NCBI GenBank assembly: GCA_030698625.1
Contig: JAUYMS010000027.1
Coordinates: 39,781-103,780, forward strand
Direction of reading: 5' to 3'
Length of the DNA: 64,000 bases
Source of the DNA: Candidatus Omnitrophota bacterium
GTDB taxonomy: Bacteria > Omnitrophota > Omnitrophia > Omnitrophales > Aquincolibacteriaceae
Below are positions 46,215 to 55,334 of the stretch, piece by piece. The notes under the pieces are model-generated. The model saw only the letters and a program-made list of their open reading frames with translations, searched no databases and was not told where the DNA came from. Numbering within the stretch: position 1 is the first letter of the stretch; each line of letters starts with the position of its first letter. The position numbers and the translations under genes were made by a program.

Positions 46215-47000
46215 CTAAAGCCTCCCATCGAGACGAAGCCATTTGGATTCTTCATACGGCGGCAGATCTTGCGATCCGATCACGTCGACATCCTTGATGC
46301 GTGTCACGTCGAAATCCAGGGAAGCCCGGTCATAGACACCGATAATCTCTGACCGGTGCACCACGAAAAGATCCGAAATGCGGGTTCCATCATCAAGAAC
46401 GGCGGTAATCAAGTGCCCTTCGCGCAGCGTTGGCGGAATGCCCTGTAGTTTTTCGCACAGCGAGCTCGGAAGACTTCGCTCGGATTTCTTTACAAAAATA
46501 CTTCGGAAGATCGGTTTCGTGTTTGCTTGGCGCTCGAGTGCCGCCTTAAAGATCTCGTCGGTTTTCCGGTACATCCAAACCAAAAGAGGCATGAGCGACA
46601 CCAGCCATGTCGCCAAGACTGCCTTTACCCAGGCGGGCTCGAACCCTCCCCCCTCACGCACGGCAATGCGGTCACGATAGTAGAAGCTCCAGGCCAAACA
46701 ACTTGCGATAAGAACTCCGACAAAGTAATTCATCGATACTTGCCAGAGGGCGGCGGCCTTCTCTTGGTCGTCATTGAAGCGTTTCCAAATCCGTTCCTTC
46801 TTACGCATGAAGGGAATCAAAAAGAGGAACCAGCTTCCAAATACCGCGAGGCACCAGGTGAGTTCGAGTTCGTTCTTCTCAATACGGCCGAAGACCGACC
46901 CCAAAAGAAGAGTCCAGAAAATGGCGGATACTGCGAAGGCACCGGCGAAGGAGAGAATCCATTTGAGCCAGAAAGTAAAACCGAAGGACTCGTGAGCCAT
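46215..47000 (-). CDS. Hypothetical membrane protein (4 TM plus a cytoplasmic C-terminal domain)
   Basis: Long ORF with consistent codon usage. Its stop abuts the start of the PNPOx-like gene. Confidence 0.45.
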   Translation of the reverse strand: MAHESFGFTFWLKWILSFAGAFAVSAIFWTLLLGSVFGRIEKNELELTWCLAVFGSWFLFLIPFMRKKERIWKRFNDDQEKAAALWQVSMNYFVGVLIASCLAWSFYYRDRIAVREGGGFEPAWVKAVLATWLVSLMPLLVWMYRKTDEIFKAALERQANTKPIFRSIFVKKSERSLPSSLCEKLQGIPPTLREGHLITAVLDDGTRISDLFVVHRSEIIGVYDRASLDFDVTRIKDVDVIGSQDLPPYEESKWLRLDGRL

Positions 47001-47001
47001 A

Positions 47002-47469
47002 TTAGAATCCCTTATCGTACTTATGGCCCTCCACTTCCATGTATTTTTTATGGGCCTCCTGGGCTTGGGGGAAAGGCATCTTCTTTAGGGTGTGTGCGGC
47101 ATAGAAACGCGTCATTGAGTCGGGCGCCTTTGTCGCCACAATCAGCGGACGTAGGGCCTTTTCTCCATAGACCTGCAGAGAACTCATGGCGCGGTAACGA
47201 ACCGTCTTGGACTCATCGGCCAGGCCTTCAATAAGGATCGGAATAGCAACGTCGGGTTTTGTCGTCCTTCGCCCCAACTCAGCATAGGCCATAGCACGTT
47301 CACGCATGTCAGTGTTATCAGTATCATCAATGATTTCTTCGTATGTGGTCTCATCGCCATAGGGAGAGCGCGAGCAACCGATAAGCGGAACTAACGCGAC
47401 GGCAAGAAAAAGGAGGGTGGTGTATTGCCGGTGAACAGCTCGTCTGTGCGGAGAAAATTTTGATAACAT
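47002..47469 (-). CDS. HEAT-repeat lipoprotein
   Basis: Start at internal ATG 47469, preceded by an AGAGAGG-type RBS. Lipobox LIGCS; the remainder resembles PBS-lyase HEAT repeats. Confidence 0.45.
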   Translation of the reverse strand: MLSKFSPHRRAVHRQYTTLLFLAVALVPLIGCSRSPYGDETTYEEIIDDTDNTDMRERAMAYAELGRRTTKPDVAIPILIEGLADESKTVRYRAMSSLQVYGEKALRPLIVATKAPDSMTRFYAAHTLKKMPFPQAQEAHKKYMEVEGHKYDKGF

Positions 47470-47492
47470 AGGTAGTAACCTCTCTTGCTGCG

Positions 47493-47909
47493 TTAGGTCA
47501 TGTGATAGAGCATCGCGTAAACCAGGACCCCCGTGACCGAGACATAAAGCCAAATCGGGAAGGTTATTCTAGCAATTCTTACGTGCTTTTCAAACTGGCC
47601 TTTTATCCCCCACCACATGGTCAGAAGTACCATCGGTACTATGGCCAAAGCCAGAACGGAGTGAGAAATCAAGAGCGTAAAGTAAACAACACGGCTCCAC
47701 CCTTGTCCTGCAAAGCCTGTCGACCCATGATAATAATGATAAAAGAGATAAGAAACCAGAAAAATCGAAGACATTAAAAAAGCCCCGACCATACACAGGA
47801 CATGGGCTTTCATTGCATTCTGCCGGATAAAGACATACCCCAAAATGAGGAGGAAGGCACTGGCGACATTCAGCGCCGCATTCATGGCAGGCCATCTAAG
47901 AAATTCCAC
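47493..47909 (-). CDS. DUF420-family membrane protein (often associated with cytochrome oxidase/heme A genes)
   Basis: 138 aa with 4 TM helices; N-terminal MNAALNVASAFLLILGYVFIRQ is typical of DUF420. Confidence 0.55.
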   Translation of the reverse strand: MEFLRWPAMNAALNVASAFLLILGYVFIRQNAMKAHVLCMVGAFLMSSIFLVSYLFYHYYHGSTGFAGQGWSRVVYFTLLISHSVLALAIVPMVLLTMWWGIKGQFEKHVRIARITFPIWLYVSVTGVLVYAMLYHMT

Positions 47910-47920
47910 GCTAAAACCCT

Positions 47921-48721
47921 CTACCTGACATCCTCGGCCCTGCCCCGGGAGGCTACCCAGGCCGCAAAAACCATTAGAGCAATTCCAAAAACTACGGTCA
48001 CGATCACGCAGAGCCCTAACGGGGGCGCCGCTGCGGTTTCGTCATAAAGCGATGTTCGCAGTGCAGCCAATCCGTAACGCAGGGGGTTCAGCTTCATGAC
48101 TATCTGAATCCATGCGGGGGAACCTTCAGGCGGGAAAAGAGCCCCTGAGAGCAGCCATAACGGAATGAGTAACAAGTTCATAACAGCGTGAAATCCCTGA
48201 ATGGAGTGCAGGCGCCAAGCAATGACGAATCCAAGCGCGGTCAATGCCACTGAATTCAAGAATAGAACGGCAAGAACTAACAGCCATCCCGAAAGATCCT
48301 GATGAATTCCCATAAGCGGAGCAAACAACAGGAACAGGATGCCTTGCGAACAGGCCAGAGTTGCTCCTCCCAGAATCTTTCCCGTAACCAGCCCCAGGCG
48401 CGAGACCGGCGCCACAAGCACGGATTGCAGAAAACCCTCGCGCCGGTCCTGAATAAGGGAAATAGTCGAAAATATCGCCGTAAACAAAAGTATCAGAAAA
48501 AGAGTCCCCGGATAAAAATACTGCAGGTAATCGCCTCCGGAACTGCCCGCAAAAGAAGACCCGACACCGGAGCCGATGAGCAGCCAGAAGACCAGGGGCG
48601 ATCCGAGCGCGCCCACGACGCGACTCGGCTGGCGATAAAACCGTACGATTTCACGGCTCCAAAGTGAATAAATCGGCAGCACCTTCGAGATCACGATTCC
48701 TGCTCCCCGCCACCGCTCCAA
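47921..48721 (-). CDS. ABC-2 type transporter permease
   Basis: 266 aa with 6 TM helices and ABC-2 family topology. Confidence 0.65.
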   Translation of the reverse strand: MERWRGAGIVISKVLPIYSLWSREIVRFYRQPSRVVGALGSPLVFWLLIGSGVGSSFAGSSGGDYLQYFYPGTLFLILLFTAIFSTISLIQDRREGFLQSVLVAPVSRLGLVTGKILGGATLACSQGILFLLFAPLMGIHQDLSGWLLVLAVLFLNSVALTALGFVIAWRLHSIQGFHAVMNLLLIPLWLLSGALFPPEGSPAWIQIVMKLNPLRYGLAALRTSLYDETAAAPPLGLCVIVTVVFGIALMVFAAWVASRGRAEDVR

Positions 48722-49665
48722 AAGCGCTGGCCCGTTTTATGAAGATAAACGTCTTCTAAGGTTGGCCGGCGAAATGTGACGGCTTGAATAACTCCGGGAA
48801 ACGTCTCCACCAGTTTGGCAACAAAACCGGCGGCGTGCTCATGTTCCATCTGAAGGCTTCCTTTCAAAACCACGCACTTGATTCCAAAAGTCTCTTCGAT
48901 TTTGTGCGCCAGCTGTTCCTCAGAATTTGTCTGAATTTCTAAAACATCGGCACCTATCTCTCCCTTTAAGAGATCCGGCGCGCCCAAGCAAACAAGCTCT
49001 CCGTCACTCAGTATCGCAATCCGGTCGCAGTTCTCAGATTCATCCGTCATATGCGTGGTCACCATGACTGTCACCTTCTCTTGGTCCCGCAATGCGCGCA
49101 GATATTTCCATAAATCAACCCGCGCTCCGGGATCCAGGCCCGTGGAAGGTTCATCCAAAAGAAGGAGTTTCGGGCCATGCAGTAAGCCCTTCGCAATCTC
49201 CACGCGCCTTTTCAAACCACCCGAAAGTTTTCCCACAAGATCACGCGCCCGGTCACTGACCCCAAGCTCTTCCAATAACTCGTGACACCTTTTCTTTAGG
49301 GCATTGCCTCCGAGCCCATAAAGATAGCCCTGGTATCGTAAATTTTCAAAAACAGTCAATTTGTCATCAAGGCTTGGGGACTGGAAGACCACGCCGATCT
49401 GGCGGCGCACGTCGTTGGCCGACTGTGCCAAGGCGAAACCGCCGACACGAATTTCACCGGACGTCGGGCGAAAGAGAGTCGACAATATTCCGAATAGCGT
49501 CGACTTTCCGGACCCATTCGGCCCGAGCAATCCAAAAATCTCGCCGCAAGCCACTTCAAAGCTCACGCCCCGAAGTGCTTCGCGAGTGCCATAACTGTGC
49601 CGAAGCGCCTTGATGGTGATCAGAGTTTGAGTAGCCATTGCTTGCAGTTCTTCCACGTTAGGCAT
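48691..49665 (-). CDS. ABC transporter ATP-binding protein
   Basis: Walker A GPNGSGKST, signature LSGGLKRRVEIA, Walker B LLLLDEPSTGLD. Confidence 0.85.
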   Translation of the reverse strand: MPNVEELQAMATQTLITIKALRHSYGTREALRGVSFEVACGEIFGLLGPNGSGKSTLFGILSTLFRPTSGEIRVGGFALAQSANDVRRQIGVVFQSPSLDDKLTVFENLRYQGYLYGLGGNALKKRCHELLEELGVSDRARDLVGKLSGGLKRRVEIAKGLLHGPKLLLLDEPSTGLDPGARVDLWKYLRALRDQEKVTVMVTTHMTDESENCDRIAILSDGELVCLGAPDLLKGEIGADVLEIQTNSEEQLAHKIEETFGIKCVVLKGSLQMEHEHAAGFVAKLVETFPGVIQAVTFRRPTLEDVYLHKTGQRFWSGGGEQES

Positions 49666-50567
49666 TAGATGATCTTATCGATAACCATAAAGGAAAATAA
49701 GAGAACAATATAGATAAGCGAGGCACGGAACAAAACCGGAGCACTCTCGTTCAGAGTCGACAGACTGGCTGTATTCAACGCCAGATAAGCCATACCGATG
49801 AGAAGCGCGCCAATAAAATAAAAAGAGCCCGTGAGCCCGACGACTGTCGGCAGAAGGCTCGCGAACAACAGGGCGAGGGAATAAAAAAACATGCGCCGTC
49901 CGAGACCCGGCCCGTTTAATTCGCTTTCGGAGAGAACTAAAAAGCCGGCAACTTGATACTCATCACGATATCTCCAGGCGATCGCCAAAAAGTGCGGGAT
50001 CTGCCACAGATACATGATCGCAAAAAGGGTCCACGCACCCGAAGACAAAGACCCCGTGCTCGCTGACCACCCTATAAGCGGCGGTAAAGCGCCCGAAACG
50101 GCTCCGGCCAGAATGCAAAGCGACGTCTTGCGTTTCAACGGAGTATACGCGAAAAGATAAGTCGCAACCGTCAAGGCAGCGACGGAGGCGGCGATAAGAT
50201 TGATTCTGAGCAACAAATAGGCAAGACCTGCCATGGTCAAGAAAGTGCCCCAGACAAACCCCGCAAAAGCCGAAATCCGGCCTGCCGGAATCGGGCGCCC
50301 GGCTGTGCGCGGCATGCGGCCGTCGGCCTGGCGCTCCATCCACTGGTTCAGCGCCAATGATCCCGCACCGACTAAACCCGTCGCCAAGAGTGTGTGCAGC
50401 AACAACACCATGTCCATCGGTAACGCTGAAGCAAGAAAAAAGCCCACCCCCGTCGTTAGTAAAACGAAAAACACAATCGACGGCTTTGCCAATTGCCACA
50501 AGGCCCGTATGATTTCCCGCTTTCCTATATTGGAAGTTGCCTTCGTTTGAGGCGCCGACATGCTCAC
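49665..50567 (-). CDS. ctaB: Protoheme IX farnesyltransferase (heme O synthase)
   Basis: UbiA-family polytopic protein with heme O synthase conserved regions. 1-bp overlap with the ABC ATPase gene and 4-bp overlap with ctaA. Confidence 0.8.
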   Translation of the reverse strand: MSMSAPQTKATSNIGKREIIRALWQLAKPSIVFFVLLTTGVGFFLASALPMDMVLLLHTLLATGLVGAGSLALNQWMERQADGRMPRTAGRPIPAGRISAFAGFVWGTFLTMAGLAYLLLRINLIAASVAALTVATYLFAYTPLKRKTSLCILAGAVSGALPPLIGWSASTGSLSSGAWTLFAIMYLWQIPHFLAIAWRYRDEYQVAGFLVLSESELNGPGLGRRMFFYSLALLFASLLPTVVGLTGSFYFIGALLIGMAYLALNTASLSTLNESAPVLFRASLIYIVLLFSFMVIDKII

Positions 50568-51451
50568 TTTCTGAAACCTGCCCTCTCCTGATCGAATGAA
50601 ATCTTTAGATTCAGTAAAACACTCAGCCCCAGTATTAGTGCTCCGGTCGATTGATGCGCCACGGTGAAAAAAACTTCTGATTTGGGCGGGCTGTAACCTG
50701 CTTCCAGGACTTGCGTGAAAATAAAGGCCCCGAATCCTAGGAAGATTTGAACTAACGTCAGTAAGCCGAGGATCACCGCAAGCCGCTTAAAGGACGCTTC
50801 GTCCTCGGAAAAATTGGAGCTTCGAAGAACGACGAACAAAACGTGAATCAAAACCAAAAAAGCAACGATGACGTGCGGAATTATACCATAACCGGTATGA
50901 CGAACTGTAGCGCCTAGTACAAGCTGAAGGTAGACCCACGAGCTTGTCAGGAGCATTAGCCGGCGAAACGACACTTGTTGAGCCTGCCGTGCAAGGGAGA
51001 CTTCTGCCTGGAATGGGCAAAGAAAGAAGGCTAGAGCAATCACAAGACAGAAGAATGTCTGGGCTAAAACCGCATGCGCAATTGAGACCGGCGGAGGCAG
51101 AAGGGTGACCACGGTGAGGCCTCCGAGAAGCGCTTGGATAACAACCGCCGCAAGCGCGATCAAAGCCATTTTTTTAAGGCGCTTACGCGGCTCCCAGATC
51201 TGTATCGAAACCGCCAGGGCAAGCGTCAACAGGCCCACGGTTCCGGCAATCATTCGGTGCCCGTGTTCCCAGAAGACGTTACCGACCATGGGCGGGAACC
51301 ACTGCCCGTAAGAAAGCGGCCAATCGGGCACCGCAAGGCCGGCGTCATGACTCGTGACCAAACCCCCTGCGACCAGCAGCGCGAGCGTACACCCGGCTAA
51401 GATAAGCGAAAAATAATACAATCCCCTGGAACGTTTCGTCATGATAGACAT
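50564..51451 (-). CDS. ctaA: Heme A synthase (COX15/CtaA)
   Basis: LVAGGLVTSHDAGLAVPDWPLSYGQWFPPM and HGHRMIAG, the His-containing hallmark of CtaA. Confidence 0.75.
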   Translation of the reverse strand: MSIMTKRSRGLYYFSLILAGCTLALLVAGGLVTSHDAGLAVPDWPLSYGQWFPPMVGNVFWEHGHRMIAGTVGLLTLALAVSIQIWEPRKRLKKMALIALAAVVIQALLGGLTVVTLLPPPVSIAHAVLAQTFFCLVIALAFFLCPFQAEVSLARQAQQVSFRRLMLLTSSWVYLQLVLGATVRHTGYGIIPHVIVAFLVLIHVLFVVLRSSNFSEDEASFKRLAVILGLLTLVQIFLGFGAFIFTQVLEAGYSPPKSEVFFTVAHQSTGALILGLSVLLNLKISFDQERAGFRK

Positions 51452-51461
51452 AGGACCTTCA

Positions 51462-52280
51462 TCAGTGAGATGAATTCTGGCGAGCTTCCTCTTTAGAAGG
51501 TGTACTCCAAATCAGATTGTTTTTACTGCCGATAAAACCCATGGCCGGGTCTTCGCCGGACGCCTGCATCAATCCCACGCTCGGCAACCCGTTATCCCCG
51601 TAAAAGAAAAGGCCGCGAGTTCCCTCTTCGGAGACATTTAGTTTGATTGCCGCTTTCTTGTCATCTCGGCTGAAGAGAAGGCTCGGCCGATCGCCCTCGG
51701 CGAGCTCGAGCCGCATGCGGGAAGTTCCGTTGTCATCCAAAAATTCTAACCTCGGCTGACTTGTCTCACCGATACCTAAGGCCATGCGGCGATTGCCTTG
51801 CTGATCATAAAGCGCCAATCCGGAAACACCGCTTTCCAACGCCCCTAACACGACGACTGGCTGAGTGTTTGGTCCGTAAAGCTTTAGAGTCGGTGCCTCG
51901 CTAAATGCCTGGTCCAGCACCATCAGCGGATTTCCTTCGCTATCGACGAAGGCAAACGCCAACCTCCCGTCTTCTTCGACGCCCAAAGAACCCCGGTAAT
52001 TTCCGTCCTTATCAACTACAAAAAATTTTTCCGCCTGTGTTCGCGCGGACCTCTCGACAACCTTTTCAATCACCATGGGCTCTTCGCGAAAAACCCAAAT
52101 CGAAACCATCCCTCCTACCCATCCCGCAATCAGACTGAGTAGAAAAATCCACAGATACGGCGTGCGCCCCTTCGACGCAGCCACGGGCGCACTATCAAAC
52201 GTGGATTCTTTTATCGCGATGCGCTCTTCTAAAAATGGCTGGTCGATTTGAATCTTATTCATCGGCGGCTTATCCCCCAA
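51462..52280 (-). CDS. Single-pass membrane protein with ~5 internal ~35-aa repeats
   Basis: TM segment LWIFLLSLIAGWVGGMVSIWVF followed by repeats (DKDGNYRGSLGVEEDGRLAFAFVD / YDQQGNRRMALGIGETSQPRLEFLD / ...). Confidence 0.4.
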   Translation of the reverse strand: MGDKPPMNKIQIDQPFLEERIAIKESTFDSAPVAASKGRTPYLWIFLLSLIAGWVGGMVSIWVFREEPMVIEKVVERSARTQAEKFFVVDKDGNYRGSLGVEEDGRLAFAFVDSEGNPLMVLDQAFSEAPTLKLYGPNTQPVVVLGALESGVSGLALYDQQGNRRMALGIGETSQPRLEFLDDNGTSRMRLELAEGDRPSLLFSRDDKKAAIKLNVSEEGTRGLFFYGDNGLPSVGLMQASGEDPAMGFIGSKNNLIWSTPSKEEARQNSSH

Positions 52281-52605
52281 AAAACGTTTTGATGGAGCGC
52301 GCCGAATCCTCGTAGAGGGACGCTATTTCATTACGTGTGTCGCCGAAAATGGATTTATTCATCATTTGGTTCTTGAAATCATACCACTCTCTCTGGAAAT
52401 CGGGCTGGCGCATAAGCACAAAACAACATACGAACAGAACAGCCCCCGCTAAAACAAAGAGAATGACATTGGGATTTTTCCGAGGTGACAACCCATCCCC
52501 ATGCCCTGGGTTTTTTATGAGAAGCCGGCCGCAAAACCGGCACTTGACTGCAGTTAGGCCAATCTCCCTGGCGCAATAGGGGCATTTCTTATTCTCCATG
52601 GACAC
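52270..52605 (-). CDS. Zinc-ribbon membrane protein
   Basis: CPYC...CRFC zinc ribbon followed by a TM helix; overlaps the downstream repeat protein by 11 bp. Confidence 0.4.
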   Translation of the reverse strand: MSMENKKCPYCAREIGLTAVKCRFCGRLLIKNPGHGDGLSPRKNPNVILFVLAGAVLFVCCFVLMRQPDFQREWYDFKNQMMNKSIFGDTRNEIASLYEDSARSIKTFFGG

Positions 52606-52739
52606 ATCAAACTACCAAAGTAGGCCTGTAATAGCAAGCCCCCTCGAGCGTCTAAAGGAATTTGTTTGGGGGCATAACGCTTTGGTGTATCATGGGCCTC
52701 TTCGCAACGACCTACTAAAAATCGGGAGGTATCAACGCC

Positions 52740-54071
52740 ATGAGATCGCCTTGGTGTTTAGCTAGTTTCGCAAGTCTTCTACTCCTTTCTATTCCAAAAA
52801 TCGCATGGGCGGCGGAGACCCCGGAGGTCGATTCGGGAATCACTGCTTGGATGCTTACGTCAACCGCTCTCGTGCTCTTAATGATACCGGGCCTTGCGTT
52901 GTTTTACGGGGGGCTCGTGCGGACGAAAAACGTCCTCGGTACAATGATGCACAGTTTTGGTGCGATGGCCGTCATCGGTGTTCTGTGGGTCGTTTGCGGT
53001 TACGCCCTGAGCTTCGGACCCAGCGTCCTCGGCGGATGGATCGGTTGGAGCAACGACTTACTTTTTCTTAAGGGAATCGACGATACGATTATGGACGCCG
53101 GTATTCCTGAGTACGTATTCGCCATGTTTCAGGGGAAGTTCGCCATCATCACGCCAGCTTTGATCGCGGGCGCGTTCGCCGAACGCGTTCGGTTTCGCGG
53201 ATACTGCGTTTTCATCGCATTGTGGTCCGTACTCGTCTATGCTCCCCTCTGTCATTGGGTCTGGGCTGAGGATGGGTTTCTTTTCAACATGGGTGCCAAC
53301 GGTGCGATTGACTTCGCCGGCGGAACCGTCGTTCACATTTCTGCGGGAATAGCCGCACTAGCCGTCATCAGCGTTATTGGATCGCGCCGCGGTTATCCCA
53401 AAACGGCAATGTCGCCTAACAATAACGTCCTCACACTTCTCGGAGCCGGCTTGCTCTGGGTTGGCTGGTTCGGATTTAATGCCGGCAGCTCCGTCTCAAG
53501 CGGTTTGGATACTGCGCGCGCTCTAACTGTAACCCAAGTTGCGGCAGCTTCAGGCGCCCTAGCGTGGATCGTCATCGAGGGCATAAAGCACCATAAAGCC
53601 ACGAGCCTTGGCATTGCCAGTGGTATTTTGGCCGGCCTCGTTGCGATAACGCCGGCGGCCGGAGTCGTACAGCCGTGCGGGGCTATCGCACTGGGTTTGG
53701 GGGCGTCCTTGATATGCTACCTCGCGATCGGCTTAAAAAATAAACTCGGTTACGATGATAGCCTCGACGTATTCGGCATTCATGGAGTAGCCGGGATCTT
53801 CGGCGCGATTTTTCTTACGTTCTTCATCCGTCCCAGCTGGATGGAAGAAGCTCGGGAACTCGCAGGAGGTTCTTGGACCGTCATGAACCAGCTCGGAGTT
53901 CAAGCCACTGCAGTTGCCATTACGATAGCCTACACCGCCATCGTCACCCTTATCCTTACCCTTCTTGTCGAAAAAACAGTCGGTTTTCGTGCATCGCAGA
54001 GGGATGAGATCACCGGCTTGGATGGCAGTTTACATGGTGAGCAGGGATACGGTCTCTTGAACCTGAACTAA
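52740..54071 (+). CDS. amtB: Ammonium transporter
   Basis: Signal peptide plus 11 TM helices and Amt signature regions (GAFAERVRF, FGFNAGS, twin-His context); 443 aa. Confidence 0.9.
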   Translation: MRSPWCLASFASLLLLSIPKIAWAAETPEVDSGITAWMLTSTALVLLMIPGLALFYGGLVRTKNVLGTMMHSFGAMAVIGVLWVVCGYALSFGPSVLGGWIGWSNDLLFLKGIDDTIMDAGIPEYVFAMFQGKFAIITPALIAGAFAERVRFRGYCVFIALWSVLVYAPLCHWVWAEDGFLFNMGANGAIDFAGGTVVHISAGIAALAVISVIGSRRGYPKTAMSPNNNVLTLLGAGLLWVGWFGFNAGSSVSSGLDTARALTVTQVAAASGALAWIVIEGIKHHKATSLGIASGILAGLVAITPAAGVVQPCGAIALGLGASLICYLAIGLKNKLGYDDSLDVFGIHGVAGIFGAIFLTFFIRPSWMEEARELAGGSWTVMNQLGVQATAVAITIAYTAIVTLILTLLVEKTVGFRASQRDEITGLDGSLHGEQGYGLLNLN

Positions 54072-54090
54072 TTGAGCGCGGAGAAAAATC

Positions 54091-54432
54091 ATGAAATTAC
54101 TTACGATTATTATTCAACCCGATAAACTCGACGAAGTACGTCAATCGCTTTTCGATGCGGGCATTACCCGCATCACGGTAAACCGCTGCACGGGTCACGG
54201 CAGACAGGAAAATGAGGAGCTCTACCGGGGCCAAGCCGTTACACCCAACCTGATCCCGAAAGTTAAGCTTGATATTGCTTGCAATGATGAGTTTGTGGAT
54301 ATCGCCATCGCAGCGGTCTTAAGCTCCGCCAAACATAACGGGGGGAAAATCGGCGACGGGAAAATATTCGTAACGCCTTTAGAAAAATGCATACGAATAC
54401 GGACCGGCGAATCCGGCGGAGCCGCGATCTAA
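54091..54432 (+). CDS. glnK: Nitrogen regulatory protein P-II
   Basis: 113 aa with T-loop ...RQENEELYRGQ containing Tyr51, and B-loop GDGKIFV. Confidence 0.85.
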   Translation: MKLLTIIIQPDKLDEVRQSLFDAGITRITVNRCTGHGRQENEELYRGQAVTPNLIPKVKLDIACNDEFVDIAIAAVLSSAKHNGGKIGDGKIFVTPLEKCIRIRTGESGGAAI

Positions 54433-54647
54433 AGCCTAAAGGTTTCGTCCTTTGGCTTGAATTTATCTCTTACATCGTTGAGCTTTTTATCAACGGCGAG
54501 AAAGATCTCCTTAATTTGGGCATCAGAATATTCGTAGCTGTGCTTGTTGCCGCAGTGCCCCAGGATATCGAGTTTCTTAATGACCTCGTTGGTACGCTTT
54601 GCTGCAAGCCTACGAAATCGTTCGCGTTTGCTATCCGGTGTCTCCAT
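54429..54647 (-). CDS. Hypothetical small protein (72 aa)
   Basis: Convergent with glnK; codon usage is plausible but there is no similarity-based support. Confidence 0.25.
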   Translation of the reverse strand: METPDSKRERFRRLAAKRTNEVIKKLDILGHCGNKHSYEYSDAQIKEIFLAVDKKLNDVRDKFKPKDETFRL

Positions 54648-54783
54648 GGAATTCGCTCTCCTGTCTTAGGTTGGGATTCTGTCGGTAACCTGTCGTTAAC
54701 AGAAACAGATCCTATGATTAAGGTATAGCATATGAACTCCGGAAATTATTGGAAGCCGCTATAAATAAAGAGGTTATGAATGC

Positions 54784-54816
54784 AAAAACCCGCTCGTTCG
54801 TGAGCGGGTTTTTGCA
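54784..54816. terminator. Symmetric (bidirectional) Rho-independent terminator
   Basis: AAAAACCCGCTC-gttcgt-GAGCGGGTTTTT: a 10-bp GC-rich stem flanked by an A-run and a T-run, located 32 bp downstream of the minus-strand lipoprotein gene stop. Confidence 0.55.
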
Positions 54817-54847
54817 TTCAGGTTGGAAACATCGGATTCCGAGCTTA

Positions 54848-55330
54848 CTACCGGCCCAAATCCGCCGTTGTTTGCGCTTCGGTAAGCAATGGCGAGTTAA
54901 TATTAAATCCGTGAACTCGCCACTGATCGCCATCATAGAGCATCGTCACGAGCATGCGGCCCTCGTTATCTTTTGAGTAGATAACGTCAAATTTGACAAT
55001 CTTCAAACCGCGCCCCTCACCGGGCGCCACATCGTCAGTCACATCCGTACCCGCACTATGGTTGACATAATTCCCCACAACGGCCTGAGCCGTCTCAAGC
55101 AATTTTGTCGTCATCCCCGTTGTCTCGATCGCAGCATAGCCAGCCGAAACAAACTCATGTGCTGCCGCCGCATCACCGGGCGTCTCATACAACGCAGTGA
55201 TAAATCCGTCGGCAACAGCAAGCGCTTCCTCCGTCTGCCGCGCACCGGAAAATTCTCCGGCGTAATAAGCCCCGAAAACACCTGCGACGATCAATGCGAC
55301 AGAGATAATGATCTTCGGCTTCATGCCCAT
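54848..55330 (-). CDS. Small periplasmic/lipoprotein-like protein
   Basis: Start at internal ATG (55330) gives N-terminus MGMKPKIIISVALIVAGVFGAYYAG, a signal anchor. Sits downstream of the cupredoxin gene. Confidence 0.4.
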   Translation of the reverse strand: MGMKPKIIISVALIVAGVFGAYYAGEFSGARQTEEALAVADGFITALYETPGDAAAAHEFVSAGYAAIETTGMTTKLLETAQAVVGNYVNHSAGTDVTDDVAPGEGRGLKIVKFDVIYSKDNEGRMLVTMLYDGDQWRVHGFNINSPLLTEAQTTADLGR

Positions 55331-55334
55331 GGCG

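Noticed and set aside
49963-50499. 178-aa minus-strand ORF inside ctaB
   Set aside because: It is an alternative frame of the UbiA-family heme O synthase gene. The Gly/Arg-rich translation is typical of off-frame reading of GC-rich sequence.
54718-54936. 72-aa minus-strand ORF
   Set aside because: It spans the symmetric terminator hairpin and the 3' end of the lipoprotein gene region. It has no RBS and is most likely non-coding.
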